A stretch of DNA of 64,000 nucleotides from Nitrospirales bacterium (GCA_965203295.1 CBDBCZ010000019.1:992001-1056000), one strand, 5' to 3'. Shown: positions 11,035 to 22,576, counted from the stretch's first letter. Numbers and translations: made by a program. The notes: generated from the sequence alone by a model not told the origin.

Positions 11035-11217
11035 GGGTGCGACTCTGGCCTAAAGACGGAAACGCTTTGTTTGGTTAAATAAGGGAAAGACAATTGACTC
11101 AGTCAGGAGAAGAAAACGAGACAAAAATTGTATAGCCGAGTTGGAGTTCTGTCAATTAGACAGAGTAAATTGTAGGTATGGGATATCAATCCTTCTCGTG
11201 TTGTCAGAAGTTACATC

Positions 11218-11247
11218 TTGACACTTGAAAGAAGCGGTGATTAGACT
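11218..11247 (+). promoter_or_regulatory. sigma70-type promoter candidate for clpC
   Basis: TTGACA (11218-11223), 18-bp spacer, TAGACT (11242-11247). Confidence 0.45.
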
Positions 11248-11318
11248 TAGCTTAAGAATACGGTTTCAGGAAAAGTGGTCGTTTTTGAGACCGATTGAAT
11301 ACAGACAAGGGAGGCAAG

Positions 11319-13747
11319 ATGTTCGAACGGTTTACGGACAGAGGCCGAAAAATCATTATCTTGGCTAGGGAAGAAGCCGAACGTCACCAGAACGATTATT
11401 TGGGGACGGAACATTTGGTGCTTGCAATCCTGCGTGAGTCAGATGGGATTGCCCTCATGATCATTAAAAAGATGGGGCTTTCCCCTGAACAAGTCCGTCT
11501 TGAAATCGAACGAAATTTGCCTCAGGGCGGAACGACGGTCACATTTGGCGAAATTCCCTTTAGCCCTCGAGTAAAAAAAGTCATTGAGTATGGCGTGGAA
11601 GAAGCCAGACTTCTTGGCCATAATCACATTGGAAGTGAGCATCTCCTTCTTGGCCTTTTGAGAGAAGAAGAGGGAATCGGTGGAAAGTTTTTCGTAGCCT
11701 TGGGGGGAATCTCCTGACCGCTCGTCAATTGACCGTGACATTCCTCCGAAAGTCTGGATCTCGAGAGCGTGATAAAAAAAGCAGCACCCCTGCCTTAGAC
11801 GAGTTTGGAAGAGATCTCACGCAATTGGCTCAGGAATCTTTGCTCGATCCTGTTATCGGGCGTGCGGATGAAATTGATCGTGTCCTTCAGATTCTTAGCC
11901 GCCGGGCCAAGAACAACCCCGCGTTAATAGGAGAATCCGGGGTAGGAAAGACGGCTATTGTCGAGGGATTAGCCCAACGGATTGTTTCCATGGATGTCCC
12001 TGATAACCTTTTAAATCGACGAGTGATTGCCCTCGATCTTGGGTCCTTAGTAGCCGGGACGAAGTATCGTGGCCAATTTGAAGAACGTTTAAAGGTGGTG
12101 ATGAAGGAGATTGCCCAAGCGGGTAATGTCATCCTTTTTATTGATGAATTACACACGTTAGTAGGGGCAGGAGCTGCAGAGGGATCGATAGATGCGGCTA
12201 ATATGCTGAAACCGGCTTTATCTCGAGGAGAAATTCAATGTATCGGAGCGACAACCTTAGATGAATATCGAAAGCATATTGAGAAGGACGGAGCGTTGAA
12301 AAGACGTTTCCAATCGATTTATGTCCAACCTCCGTCAGTGGACGAAACCATTCGCATTATTCAGGGCTTGCGAGATCGGTACGAAGAACATCATGGGGTT
12401 GAGTTTACTGATGAAGCGATCGTTGAAGCTGTCAAGCTCAGCGATCGTTATGTCACGGACCGCTTCCTTCCTGACAAAGCTATCGACTTAATCGATGAGA
12501 CAGGGTCCCGTGCGAAACTTCAGTCTTATGCTCTTCCACCGGAACTCAAATCACTCGAACATGAGCTTAAGAGGGTGGCTCGAGAAAAGGAGCTCGCGAT
12601 TGGTCTTCAAAGTTTTGAAGAAGCTGTCAAGTACCGGGAAGAAGAGGAGCGCTTTCGTAAATTGCTTGAAGAAGCCAAACGCGATTGGAAGACAAAGAAA
12701 GAAGAACAGAAGCCTGTTATTACGGCCGAGAACGTTGGATATGTTGTTTCAAAAATGACGGGAATTCCCTTATTTAAATTGGAAGAAGAAGAATCAGAGA
12801 AATTACTGCATATGGAAGAGTTCCTCCATAAACGTATCGTGGGTCAGGATGAAGCCATCTCCGCAGTTTGTCGAGCCATTCGGCGGTCACGTGCTGGTCT
12901 CAAAGAAGCCAAGAAACCCATTGGTTCGTTTATCTACCTCGGACCCACCGGCGTAGGGAAAACGGAATTGGCTCGGGCTTTGGCCGAGTTCCTCTTTAAT
13001 ACGGAAGATGCGCTTATTCGGATTGACATGTCCGAGTATCAGGAGAAGTTCACCAGTTCGCGACTTTTTGGGGCACCTCCTGGGTATGTGGGGTATGAAG
13101 AGGGAGGGCAATTAACAGAAAAAGTACGCCGCCGTCCCTATTCAGTCGTGTTGTTTGATGAAATTGAAAAAGCTCACCCGGATATTTTTAATGTTCTCCT
13201 CCAAGTCCTCGATGATGGGGTACTGACAGATAGTCTCGGGCGGAAAGTTGATTTTAAGAATGCCATCTTAGTGATGACTTCGAATGTTGGGACCAAGCTG
13301 CTTCAAAAAGGGGCATCCCTTGGATTCCAAAAAGAAGAGGAAGTTCACAATACTGTACGGATGAAAACGGAAGTATTGTCTGAGGTCAAGCGGACATTTA
13401 GCCCTGAGTTCCTGAATCGGATTGATGAATTGGTCATCTTCCATTCGCTGGATAAAGAGCATCTTTTTAAGATTGTGGACATCTTGATTCGAGAGTTGAA
13501 TGTTCGCCTTGGAGAAAGAGATGTCGAACTCGAAATTGGGGAAGATGTGAAGCAATGGTTGATCGATGAAGGATATCAACCTCAATATGGTGCACGTCCT
13601 TTAAGACGAACCATTCAGAAATGTTTGGGTGACCCTTTGTCTGAGGAGCTTATCAAGGGCCGGTTTAAGGATTCCCGAAAAATTAAAGTCCTCCTTCGCG
13701 ACAATTCTCCAATATTTTTGAAAGAAGAAGCGATGGCGGGTGTGTAA
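11319..13747 (+). CDS. clpC: ATP-dependent Clp protease ATPase subunit ClpC, split by a one-base deletion in a T5 run at 11688-11692 (possible sequencing error)
   Basis: MFERFTD start after an AAGGGAGG RBS; Clp-N repeats; two AAA+ modules ([16 protein letters not shown]); UVR-like middle region; adding one base restores ...[22 protein letters not shown]. Confidence 0.92.
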
Positions 13748-13997
13748 ATTTTGGCGTTATACAATTCTTGATTTCACGGGGGTGCCTGCCTGCACGTCGA
13801 ACAATCCTGTTTGAGAACCTTCCTGCGAGATTGTCTTTCATCACGTCGCGATCTTCTGTTCTGTTGCAAATCACGTTGTTCAGTCATGTAGCCATGGGAT
13901 GAACCTCATGACCAAGAGGTTATGGGGATGGTCTTTGATGAACCCATTTTCTGCCTGTGTCTTGACTGCTGAGGCAAAACCATAGGATCTTCTTTCC

Positions 13998-15038
13998 ATG
14001 CCGCCTTGCATCTTAGGCATTGAAACTTCATGTGATGAAACGGCTGCTGCCGTTGTCACGCTCGAGGGCCAGGTTCTGTCCAGTACATTGAGTTCGCAAG
14101 ATGACGTCCATCATCAATATGGGGGGGTTGTCCCAGAGTTGGCGTCTCGGTGTCATATAGAGCGAATCGAATTTGTGGTGAGAGACGCGATGGATCATGC
14201 TGGTATCAGGTACAGGGATCTTCAAGCTGTGGCTGTGACTCGAGGACCAGGATTAGCTGGTTCACTCGTTGTGGGAGTCAGTTTTGCGAAGGCGGTAGCT
14301 TACGCAGCCAATGTGTCTTTGATTGGAGTCAATCATTTGGAAGGCCATGTGGCTTCGGCTTGGCTTGGAGTGTCTGATTTATCTTTTCCCTGTGTCGTGT
14401 TAGTGGCTTCTGGAGGGCATACTCATTTATTTTACGTTCCCAGCCGAGAAACATTTCAGTTGATCGGACATACCCTGGATGATGCTGCGGGAGAAGCGTT
14501 CGATAAGGGGGCGAAAATGCTGGGGCTGGGGTATCCTGGTGGTCCTGAGCTTGATCGGTTAGCCCGATCAGGGAACTGCACGTTGGTTCATTTCCCCAGG
14601 CCCTATCTCAAACGGGGAGGGCTCAATTTTAGTTTCAGTGGCCTGAAGACGGCTCTTCTGTATTATCTCAAAGATCTTGAAGCCCAAGGAATTCCATACT
14701 CTGTGGCTGATATTGCAGCGGCTTACCAAGAGGCCATTGTCGAAGTGTTGGTCGCAAAAGCCTTTCGTGCTGTTCGACAGCGGAACGTCAAGGGTTTAGC
14801 GGTTGTGGGGGGGGTGTCAGCGAACTCTCGGTTACGGGAAGTGCTGACCCTTGAGGCTTCAGCCCAGGATATCAATCTTGCGTTGCCACCGCTTGAATAC
14901 TGTACAGATAATGCCGCCATGATCGCTGCTGCTGGGTGTCAGGCATTTCGATTGGGAGACACGTCCTCTTGGGATTTAGATGTCGAACCCGATTTCTTGA
15001 CGTCATTGAAAAATGGAGTTGAGGGGTCAACGTTCTAG
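13998..15038 (+). CDS. tsaD: tRNA N6-threonylcarbamoyladenosine transferase TsaD
   Basis: LGIETSCDET, HLEGH, SGGHT, DDAAGEAFDK and TDNAAMI motifs. Confidence 0.96.
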   Translation: MPPCILGIETSCDETAAAVVTLEGQVLSSTLSSQDDVHHQYGGVVPELASRCHIERIEFVVRDAMDHAGIRYRDLQAVAVTRGPGLAGSLVVGVSFAKAVAYAANVSLIGVNHLEGHVASAWLGVSDLSFPCVVLVASGGHTHLFYVPSRETFQLIGHTLDDAAGEAFDKGAKMLGLGYPGGPELDRLARSGNCTLVHFPRPYLKRGGLNFSFSGLKTALLYYLKDLEAQGIPYSVADIAAAYQEAIVEVLVAKAFRAVRQRNVKGLAVVGGVSANSRLREVLTLEASAQDINLALPPLEYCTDNAAMIAAAGCQAFRLGDTSSWDLDVEPDFLTSLKNGVEGSTF

Positions 15039-15056
15039 AATTCGTAACAAGGAGGT

Positions 15057-16790
15057 GTGTCGATCCCCACAGTTAGCGGAAATCTTGGAGGATTAAAAGC
15101 CAATCACTTAGGTCGGTTGGAACGATTATTTCGGCGTCGGGTCCCAGTGGATAAAGTGATTACCCTTGAGCTGGCAAAAACCTGTGCTCAATTATCCTAT
15201 GAATGCCGACGCCAAATTGGTTTGCTCATTAACCGTCGGGGTAATATTGAATCAGTGATTGTTGGGACCGATCGTCAACTTGTGATTCCCAACCTTTCGC
15301 GACTCCGATCGAGTGGACGACTGTTGCGGGGTATCCGTCTCGTGAATACCCATCTCGACAATCAGCCTCTGACCAAGGATGACCTCACTGATTTGGCACT
15401 TCTTCGTTTGGACCTGATGATGGCCATCGGTGTTGATCAGCAGGGAGGGGTTGCTGATGTGTCTGTTGCGCATATTCTCCCACACAATCCCCAGGGGAAA
15501 GTCTGCGAAGAAAGAGCGTCATGTTCCTTTCATGCGTTTCACATGGATTGTGGAAAATTTGTTCAGTCGCTTGAAGCGGAACTGAGTCGAGCCACCTCCA
15601 CCCTTCAGGTCAAAGGAGAAGGTGCGACAGCAATTCTTCTCAGTGTTTCAACGGGTAATCGATTGCAGCAAGAGGAACGGTTAGAAGAGTTGCGGGAATT
15701 GGCAAGTTCTCATGGAATTCGGGTTCTTGGGACGGTGTTGCAGCGGCCCCAGGAGTTAAATCCAAAGTTTCTCTTAGGTAGCGGGAAGATCAAAGAAGTC
15801 ATTATTTCAGCTCTCCAATCTAGTGCGGAGTTGCTCATTTTTGAGCAGAGTTTAACCCCAGCCCAAGTTCGTGCTATTTCTGAAATAACTGAGATCAAAG
15901 TTCTCGATAGGACTCAATTGATATTGGATATTTTTGCGCGCCGAGCCCATTCTCGGGCAGGGAAACTTCAAGTCGAGCTAGCTCAGTTGCGCTATTTGCT
16001 TCCCCGGTTGTCTCAATCGAGCACAGCATTTTCACGGTTGGGTGGTGGCATTGGGGGACGTGGACCAGGTGAAACGAAGCTGGAGACCGACCTCCGACGT
16101 GTCCGCGATCGAATAAGCCATTTAGAGCGAGACCTCCGTGAGGTGGCTCGACACCGGGATCAGCAACGCATGAACCGAGTACGTCGAATGATTCCGGTCG
16201 TGTCGATCATTGGTTATACGAATGCCGGGAAGTCCACGTTGCTCAACGCGCTGACCCATAGTTCGGTCTCGACAAAAAATCGGCCTTTCGAAACCCTTGA
16301 TACAGTCACTCGTCGCCTATTCTTTAAAGGCACGAAAGAAGCCGTCATCACCGACACCGTTGGGTTTATGCGAGATCTTCCCAAAGATCTGTTAAGTGCT
16401 TTTCGAACGACACTTCAAGAACTTGGAGACGCGGATCTTCTTCTCCATGTCGTGGATGCCAGCGCGTTTGACTCAGATCGGCAAATTGAGGCAGTCGAGA
16501 CCATTCTGATAGAGTTGGGCTTAGAGAATATTCCTCGGGTTCTCATTTTGAATAAATGTGATCGTCTTCAACAGGAAGAAGCCAAGGTCCTTTGTCAACG
16601 GTTACATGCTCTGGGAGTTTCAGCGATTCAACCGATCACACTTGTTCCTCTCCTTCACGTGATAGAAAAAGCGCTGTATTGGAGACGCCAGACTGGCTTA
16701 CAAGATTCAGAGACGTTATCAGGACATGAGAGACGAACCTCCGTAGAAATAGACCAAGACAGTTGGCCTCTGAGAGCTTCCCACATTTGA
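15057..16790 (+). CDS. hflX: GTPase HflX (long form with N-terminal extension)
   Basis: LILDIFA, RGPGETKLE, GYTNAGKS, DTVG and NKCD motifs. Confidence 0.94.
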   Translation: MSIPTVSGNLGGLKANHLGRLERLFRRRVPVDKVITLELAKTCAQLSYECRRQIGLLINRRGNIESVIVGTDRQLVIPNLSRLRSSGRLLRGIRLVNTHLDNQPLTKDDLTDLALLRLDLMMAIGVDQQGGVADVSVAHILPHNPQGKVCEERASCSFHAFHMDCGKFVQSLEAELSRATSTLQVKGEGATAILLSVSTGNRLQQEERLEELRELASSHGIRVLGTVLQRPQELNPKFLLGSGKIKEVIISALQSSAELLIFEQSLTPAQVRAISEITEIKVLDRTQLILDIFARRAHSRAGKLQVELAQLRYLLPRLSQSSTAFSRLGGGIGGRGPGETKLETDLRRVRDRISHLERDLREVARHRDQQRMNRVRRMIPVVSIIGYTNAGKSTLLNALTHSSVSTKNRPFETLDTVTRRLFFKGTKEAVITDTVGFMRDLPKDLLSAFRTTLQELGDADLLLHVVDASAFDSDRQIEAVETILIELGLENIPRVLILNKCDRLQQEEAKVLCQRLHALGVSAIQPITLVPLLHVIEKALYWRRQTGLQDSETLSGHERRTSVEIDQDSWPLRASHI

Positions 16791-16836
16791 ACAGGGATTC
16801 TTATGAACTCAATGGGAAGGGGGGAAGATCAAGGCC

Positions 16837-17478
16837 TTGAAAAAGGAAAAAGCACGGGCGCAACGAATCGTTCGAAAGTTGACACAAAGCCGGCCAAAAG
16901 CTGTTGTGGAATTAGATTATCACACGCCTTTTGAGTTACTGGTGGCCACGATATTATCAGCCCAATGTACCGATGAACGGGTCAACAAGGTCACCCCGCG
17001 ATTATTTCAGGAGTACCCGGGCCCTGAGCAACTCGCCAAGGCCAAGAAAAGTGAGTTGGAAACTATCATCTACTCTACAGGATTTTTTAAGAGTAAGGCG
17101 CGCCATTTGATTGCTTGCAGTCGGTGCCTGATAGACCAATACCAGGGGGTGGTCCCTGAGAAGTTGGAAGACTTGACGATCCTTCCTGGAATCGGGCGAA
17201 AAACTGCCAATGTGATTGTCGGAGGCTGGTTTGGCAAACCTGCAGTCGTTGTCGATACTCATGTCAAACGAGTGGCCAATCGGTTGAAGTTGACGAAAAG
17301 TTCTGATCCCACAAAAATTGAACAAGACCTTCAGCAGCTCTTGCCGCGTTCCCAATGGACTGGTGGATCCCAACGGCTTTTCTTACACGGACGCTATGTC
17401 TGTCTTGCCCGTTCACCAAAGTGTGATCGATGCGTGTTATATGAAGACTGCCACTGGGAGAGGAAGCGCTTCCAATGA
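16837..17478 (+). CDS. nth: endonuclease III
   Basis: LSAQCTD, HhH LPGIGRKTANV, VDTHV and C-x6-C-x2-C-x5-C [4Fe-4S] motif. Confidence 0.95.
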   Translation: MKKEKARAQRIVRKLTQSRPKAVVELDYHTPFELLVATILSAQCTDERVNKVTPRLFQEYPGPEQLAKAKKSELETIIYSTGFFKSKARHLIACSRCLIDQYQGVVPEKLEDLTILPGIGRKTANVIVGGWFGKPAVVVDTHVKRVANRLKLTKSSDPTKIEQDLQQLLPRSQWTGGSQRLFLHGRYVCLARSPKCDRCVLYEDCHWERKRFQ

Positions 17479-18353
17479 TTAAAAGCATGACCGGATTTGG
17501 AAAGATGGAGACGTTCTGGCAAGGCACGCCAATCTCGGTAGAAGTGCGTTCTGTGAATCACCGGTATCGTGAAGTAGTCGTGAGACTGCCGAAAGCCTAT
17601 GTTGGTCTGGAGGAACACATTAAACAACTCGTGTGTTCACGTTGTAGCCGCGGTCGCCTTGATGTGACGTTGACCATAGGGACTGGAAAGGGACAAGCCA
17701 ATGCTGTGAGTTGGGATCGTTCGCTTGCCCGCCGATATTATCGAATCTTTCAAGATATTCAACGGGAATTTCAAATTGACCAAAAAATAGACGTCTCACT
17801 GTTAGCAAGCTTTCGCGATATTTTTTCCGTTAAGGAAGGAATAGGCCCAGACAAAAAGTGCGAAGCGGTCATGAAACGTTTGGTGTTGGGTGCTCTTGAT
17901 CATTTGGATAGAATGCGGAGGCGTGAGGGAAAAGTTCTGCTCACGGATATATCCAACCGAGTGAAGAGTCAGGCGAGGATCTTTCGAAACATTCAGCTCC
18001 GACTTCCGAAAGTCGTAGAGGGATATTACCAACGAATGAAAGGAAGAATACAGCAGTTGTCTGGAAGTCATGGAGTCGATCAAGCTCGTCTTGCCCAAGA
18101 ATTGGCCATTTTTGCGGATCGTTGTGATGTGACGGAAGAGATGATCAGGAGCCAAAGCCATCTCAATCAATTTACGAGTTTACTGAAAAAGCGAGAGCCT
18201 GTGGGTCGGCAGTTGGATTTTTTACTTCAGGAGATGGGACGCGAGATTAATACCATTGGGTCAAAGGCGAATGATGCTGAAATTTCCTCTTGTGTGGTCC
18301 AATTGAAAAGTGAACTGGAAAAGATCCGTGAACAAGTGCAAAATGTGGAGTAA
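17475..18353 (+). CDS. yicC: YicC/YloC family endoribonuclease
   Basis: SMTGFG, SVNHR and GRQLDFLLQEMGREINTIGSK motifs. Confidence 0.93.
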   Translation: MIKSMTGFGKMETFWQGTPISVEVRSVNHRYREVVVRLPKAYVGLEEHIKQLVCSRCSRGRLDVTLTIGTGKGQANAVSWDRSLARRYYRIFQDIQREFQIDQKIDVSLLASFRDIFSVKEGIGPDKKCEAVMKRLVLGALDHLDRMRRREGKVLLTDISNRVKSQARIFRNIQLRLPKVVEGYYQRMKGRIQQLSGSHGVDQARLAQELAIFADRCDVTEEMIRSQSHLNQFTSLLKKREPVGRQLDFLLQEMGREINTIGSKANDAEISSCVVQLKSELEKIREQVQNVE

Positions 18354-18389
18354 CGAATTCTTGTGGTTTAGGAAAAAGTGGAGTTCCTC

Positions 18390-19025
18390 ATGATGAGCAA
18401 AGGTTTGTTGTTCGTGGTATCTGGGCCATCCGGGGTTGGGAAAAGTACGCTGTGTAAGAAAATGGCCTCCATTGTTCAGGGGACCACTCTGTCTGTATCT
18501 TTTACAACCCGGAATCCCAGGCCAGGCGAAGAAGAGGGAGTCGACTATTTTTTTGTGAAGCATGACCGTTTCCGAGAATTGGTGGAACAGGATGAGTTTG
18601 TGGAATGGGCGACGGTGTATGGAAATTACTATGGGACCCCGCGCAGCTACTTGAAACAGACTATGGAAAAAGGGATTGACGTTCTTTTGGATATTGATGT
18701 CCAAGGAGCCAGACAAATCATGAAGCGATTCTCAGATGCTGTATATGTCTTTGTTGTCCCCCCCTCCTTGGATACGTTACGAGATCGGCTGGTTCAGAGG
18801 GGAGCTGAGGCACCCGAAGAAGTCGATCGTCGATTTCAAAAAGCCACCGCGGAAATCATGAATTATCACTCGTATCATTACATTATCCGGAATGATGATC
18901 TTTCGGGGTCAGCCCGGGCACTCGAAGCGGTGATTGTTGCCGAACGATTAAAAACATCTCGAGTCAGTAAGGAATGGCTGTTGGAAAAGGGGCTTCTTCG
19001 TGAAGGAGAAGGAAGCAAAGTGTAG
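18390..19025 (+). CDS. gmk: guanylate kinase
   Basis: GPSGVGKS, TTRNPRPGEEEGVDYFF and DIDVQGA motifs. Confidence 0.96.
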   Translation: MMSKGLLFVVSGPSGVGKSTLCKKMASIVQGTTLSVSFTTRNPRPGEEEGVDYFFVKHDRFRELVEQDEFVEWATVYGNYYGTPRSYLKQTMEKGIDVLLDIDVQGARQIMKRFSDAVYVFVVPPSLDTLRDRLVQRGAEAPEEVDRRFQKATAEIMNYHSYHYIIRNDDLSGSARALEAVIVAERLKTSRVSKEWLLEKGLLREGEGSKV

Positions 19026-19136
19026 TGGTCTGCATCAATTTCCTCTTAATCTTCAAAATGTAAAATCAGGTGGTATTTTTCTGACTTTGTATGAGTATAA
19101 TTGTCAAATGATATTTAACAAAAGGAGTAGACAACA

Positions 19137-19505
19137 ATGATGAATACGCTTTCGCTTCTTCCGGATGATTGGGCAGGAAAATTTGATTCTCGTTACCGGG
19201 TCGTGCTGGTTGCGGCCCAACGTGCGAAATATTTGATGCAAGGGGCCAAGCGGTCTCAACTCAGTAAGTTTACAAAAGAAACTTCTGTTGCTCTTGAAGA
19301 GGTTTTGCAGGGAAACGTGGAATTTCTGATGGGGAAAGAAGCTCGCCAAGCGCTCAAAGAAGTAAGAAAAACCGTGGAGCGGGAATTTGACGAATCCTTG
19401 TTGGGTGAAACGGATGAGGATGCCAAAGAGATTAAACAACAATTAAGCGTGTATATTGACGATTCTCCGAAAGAAGAAGTCGTCGAGCCAGAAATACACG
19501 AATAA
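19137..19505 (+). CDS. rpoZ: RNA polymerase omega subunit
   Basis: DSRYRVVLVAAQRA...ALEE; gmk-rpoZ-coaBC synteny. Confidence 0.88.
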   Translation: MMNTLSLLPDDWAGKFDSRYRVVLVAAQRAKYLMQGAKRSQLSKFTKETSVALEEVLQGNVEFLMGKEARQALKEVRKTVEREFDESLLGETDEDAKEIKQQLSVYIDDSPKEEVVEPEIHE

Positions 19506-19520
19506 GCCGTTCCTTCCGTC

Positions 19521-20771
19521 ATGGTTGAGGGAGCATTGGTGTTTAAGGGAAAACACATCATTCTTGGTGTCACGGGGAGTATCGCCGGCTACAAAGCAAT
19601 TAGCCTTCTGCGAACATTGATCCAAGAAGGAGCTGAAGTCACCGTGGTGATGACGGAAGCTGCCACGCGGTTTGTGGCTCCGTTGACATTTGAAGTATTG
19701 TCCCAAAAACAGGTCCTGACCAATCTTTTCACTCCTTCTGATTCGATGCCGCACCTGACTCTTCCCGAAAGGGCTGATCTGTTGGTTATTGCCCCGGCCA
19801 CAGCTAATATCCTGGCCAAGTGTGCCCTTGGGTTAGCCGATGATCTGCTGAGTACCATGGTGCTCACTGCAAAATGCCCTTTGGTTGCGGTACCTGCTAT
19901 GGACGGGGGAATGTGGCATCATCCTACAGTGGTTGACCATGTCCGTATTTTACGAGAACGAGGGATGAAGGTGCTTGATCCCGAAGATGGCCCCCTTGCC
20001 TCGGGGCATGTCGGTGTCGGTCGATTTCCGGCAGAAAATATGATTGTGGATGCGTTGCGCGCACGGTTAATAGCTCGTCGAGATTGGGAAGGGCATAGGG
20101 TTCTAGTATCAGCCGGACCCACGCGTGAGCCTATTGACGAGGTCAGGTTCCTTTCCAACCCTTCAACCGGGAAAATGGGGTATGCGATGGCTCGGGCAGC
20201 CCTTGATCGAGGAGCTGAAGTCGTGCTGGTCAGTGGTCCTACGGCCTTATCAGATCCTCCAGGAATCGAAGTGATATGCGTGAAGACTGCTGAGGAGATG
20301 CACCAGGCTCTCGCAGAAAAACTTCCCTGGACGACGGTTCTTATCATGGCCGCCGCTGTGGGAGATTGGCAACCGCGCCACCCGGCTTCAGGCAAGCTGA
20401 AAAAGCTAAAATGGAAGGGAAACTCTTTGGAATTGAAACCCACAGTGGATATCCTTGAGGCACTTAGTCGACAACGGACCCATCAGATTATGGTTGGATT
20501 TGCGGCTGAGACCGAGAATTTGGTGGAAAATGGGACTGAAAAACTCAAAAGAAAACAATTAGATCTTCTTGTTGCCAATATAGTGGGAGGCGCGAACTCC
20601 GCGTTTGGAAATGATGAGAATGCCGTCATGATTTTGAAGCATGGTGAACCCCCAGTTCCTCTTGAGCGAATGCCTAAACGTCAATTGGCAGACTGTATTT
20701 TGGACCACGTGTTATCTTGTCAACCTAAAGGTAACGTGTTAGCAGACCATCCCTCCCAACGAGTCGGGTAG
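19521..20771 (+). CDS. coaBC: bifunctional phosphopantothenoylcysteine decarboxylase / synthetase
   Basis: GVTGSIAGYK, APATAN, PAM, SAGPTRE, STGKMG and VGFAAET motifs. Confidence 0.95.
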   Translation: MVEGALVFKGKHIILGVTGSIAGYKAISLLRTLIQEGAEVTVVMTEAATRFVAPLTFEVLSQKQVLTNLFTPSDSMPHLTLPERADLLVIAPATANILAKCALGLADDLLSTMVLTAKCPLVAVPAMDGGMWHHPTVVDHVRILRERGMKVLDPEDGPLASGHVGVGRFPAENMIVDALRARLIARRDWEGHRVLVSAGPTREPIDEVRFLSNPSTGKMGYAMARAALDRGAEVVLVSGPTALSDPPGIEVICVKTAEEMHQALAEKLPWTTVLIMAAAVGDWQPRHPASGKLKKLKWKGNSLELKPTVDILEALSRQRTHQIMVGFAAETENLVENGTEKLKRKQLDLLVANIVGGANSAFGNDENAVMILKHGEPPVPLERMPKRQLADCILDHVLSCQPKGNVLADHPSQRVG

Positions 20772-20956
20772 CAGGATGTAAGCAACTTTCACTGTCCTCC
20801 TCCTTGTTGTACAAACCCTAAACATTTATCGCAAATCAGCAGCTTACGTTTTTCAAAGCCTGCTTGACATCCATCGCGTATGAGAACAGTTCCTATTGCG
20901 TTGACTTCCCATTCGCAGATTGATGTGACGATTTCTCAATCTGACCGAGCTTTCCT

Positions 20957-20992
20957 ATCATTCTTCTTCATCAAATCATTCTTCTTCATCAA
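20957..20992. repeat. perfect 2 x 18-bp tandem duplication (ATCATTCTTCTTCATCAA)
   Basis: Read directly from the intergenic sequence. Confidence 0.9.
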
Positions 20993-21207
20993 ATTTTGGA
21001 TTGGCTGACAATTGGATTACCTCTATGACCTCTACAAGTCTCCGAATAGGACTTTATTCTGTTAAAATAAAATGATATTGGCAAAATTGCTCATGAGTGT
21101 TCTTTGACTGCATTCTTGAAAACAGGTAGCGGGAACGAGGAGGATGAGATCGTCACTGACTGATTGTTGGAAGGGAGTTGGAGTCCATTTTTGGGGGAGG
21201 AAAGTGT

Positions 21208-22065
21208 ATGAACATGCGGTGTTTTCTAGGAGTATTGGTTGGGCTATGGGTCGCGAACCTCACGGTGGTGGGGAAGCATGTGGGTACTATGTCCTTTGTG
21301 GAGGCAAACATTTTTTCAGAATCCCAAGTTGTCGAGAAAGGTGGGACAACCATGATTCTCATTCCCGCAGGACCCTTTCCCATGGGGGTTCCTGAAGAGG
21401 CGCGGGATGGTGGGATAGATGAACGCCCCAATCATACTGTAGACCTTGACGCCTATTATATCGATAAATATGAAGTGACCAACGGCGGATATTTAGAGTT
21501 TATCCGGTCTACCGGTCATCGTGTCCCTAAGCATCCCACCGATCCAGCCAAAAACCTATGGCAGGATGGCATGATGCCCGAATCAATTGAGCCACTTCCG
21601 GTGATCAATGTGGATTGGTTTGATGCTATGGCATATTGCACTTGGGCTGGCAAACGCTTACCAACTGAAGCGGAATGGGAAAAGGCGGCAAAAGGGAATA
21701 ATGATTGGCGATTCCCTTGGGGGGATGTCGAACCCACCCATAAACATTTGAATTTTAATCGGACATGGCAAGGTGAAAAGACGTTAGTCCCTGTCGGAAT
21801 CTATGAAGCGGGCAAAAGTCCTTATGGGGTATACGACATGGCGGGAAATGTGTGGGAGTGGGTGCATGATTGGTACGACCCAAGCTACTACGCCAAGAGC
21901 CCCTCTCGAAATCCTAAAGGTCTTGAAACCGGAACCCACCGTGTGTTGCGTAGTTCAGGATGGCAGGTCGAGACGCCTCAGGTCAGAATTTTCACAAGGG
22001 TGAAGAGCGATCCCTATGACCGAAATCATTCAACCGGGTTTCGCTGCGCGGCCGACATCCCATGA
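21208..22065 (+). CDS. secreted formylglycine-generating-enzyme (SUMF1/FGE-sulfatase) domain protein
   Basis: IDKYEVTN, RLPTEAEWEKAA, DMAGNVWEW and GFRC motifs; signal peptide; GGAGG RBS. Confidence 0.9.
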   Translation: MNMRCFLGVLVGLWVANLTVVGKHVGTMSFVEANIFSESQVVEKGGTTMILIPAGPFPMGVPEEARDGGIDERPNHTVDLDAYYIDKYEVTNGGYLEFIRSTGHRVPKHPTDPAKNLWQDGMMPESIEPLPVINVDWFDAMAYCTWAGKRLPTEAEWEKAAKGNNDWRFPWGDVEPTHKHLNFNRTWQGEKTLVPVGIYEAGKSPYGVYDMAGNVWEWVHDWYDPSYYAKSPSRNPKGLETGTHRVLRSSGWQVETPQVRIFTRVKSDPYDRNHSTGFRCAADIP

Positions 22066-22132
22066 GCTTGCTGGGGAACATAACTCAGGAAAGCATTTGG
22101 GTGCCTATGAAGAGACAAAGAGGGAGAAGAGA

Positions 22133-22576
22133 ATGGGATTCAAGAAATTAGGGATATACCTATGGCTGTTGATTGCTGTCCACGGGGGCTTGTTCTCCTG
22201 TGTCAGTACTGAAAAAACGACCACGGAAGGGGAATTCGATAAACTTCCTATTCAAACTCTTCCCTCCCCTGATCTAGCTGGGGTGTGGCAATACGAAGGT
22301 GACAATGTGGTGGTGTATATGTTGACGTTAGATCATCAAGGAAATGGGACCTATGATTGGCAGGGAGGTCTTTTTGAAACCATCAGTTTGTCCAATGGAA
22401 AATGGAGAGGAATCTGGCGTCAGAATGGAAACGATCGAGAGTGTGGGTTTGAGGCGCAATTATCCCCCGACTTCACGTCGGCCACCGGATGGTGGTGGTA
22501 TACACGAATTGGAGATAACAAGGACCCTCTTCTGCCTGGTGGTAATTTTTCATTCAGCAGACCTTCAAATCAATGA
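22133..22576 (+). CDS. hypothetical lipoprotein
   Basis: Basic N-terminus, hydrophobic stretch, LFSC lipobox; Trp/Gly-rich beta-strand domain. Confidence 0.65.
   Translation: MGFKKLGIYLWLLIAVHGGLFSCVSTEKTTTEGEFDKLPIQTLPSPDLAGVWQYEGDNVVVYMLTLDHQGNGTYDWQGGLFETISLSNGKWRGIWRQNGNDRECGFEAQLSPDFTSATGWWWYTRIGDNKDPLLPGGNFSFSRPSNQ

Noticed and set aside
21079..21091. Sigma54 promoter upstream of the FGE-domain gene (TGGCAAAATTGCT)
   Set aside because: GG-to-GC spacing is 7 nt instead of the required 10
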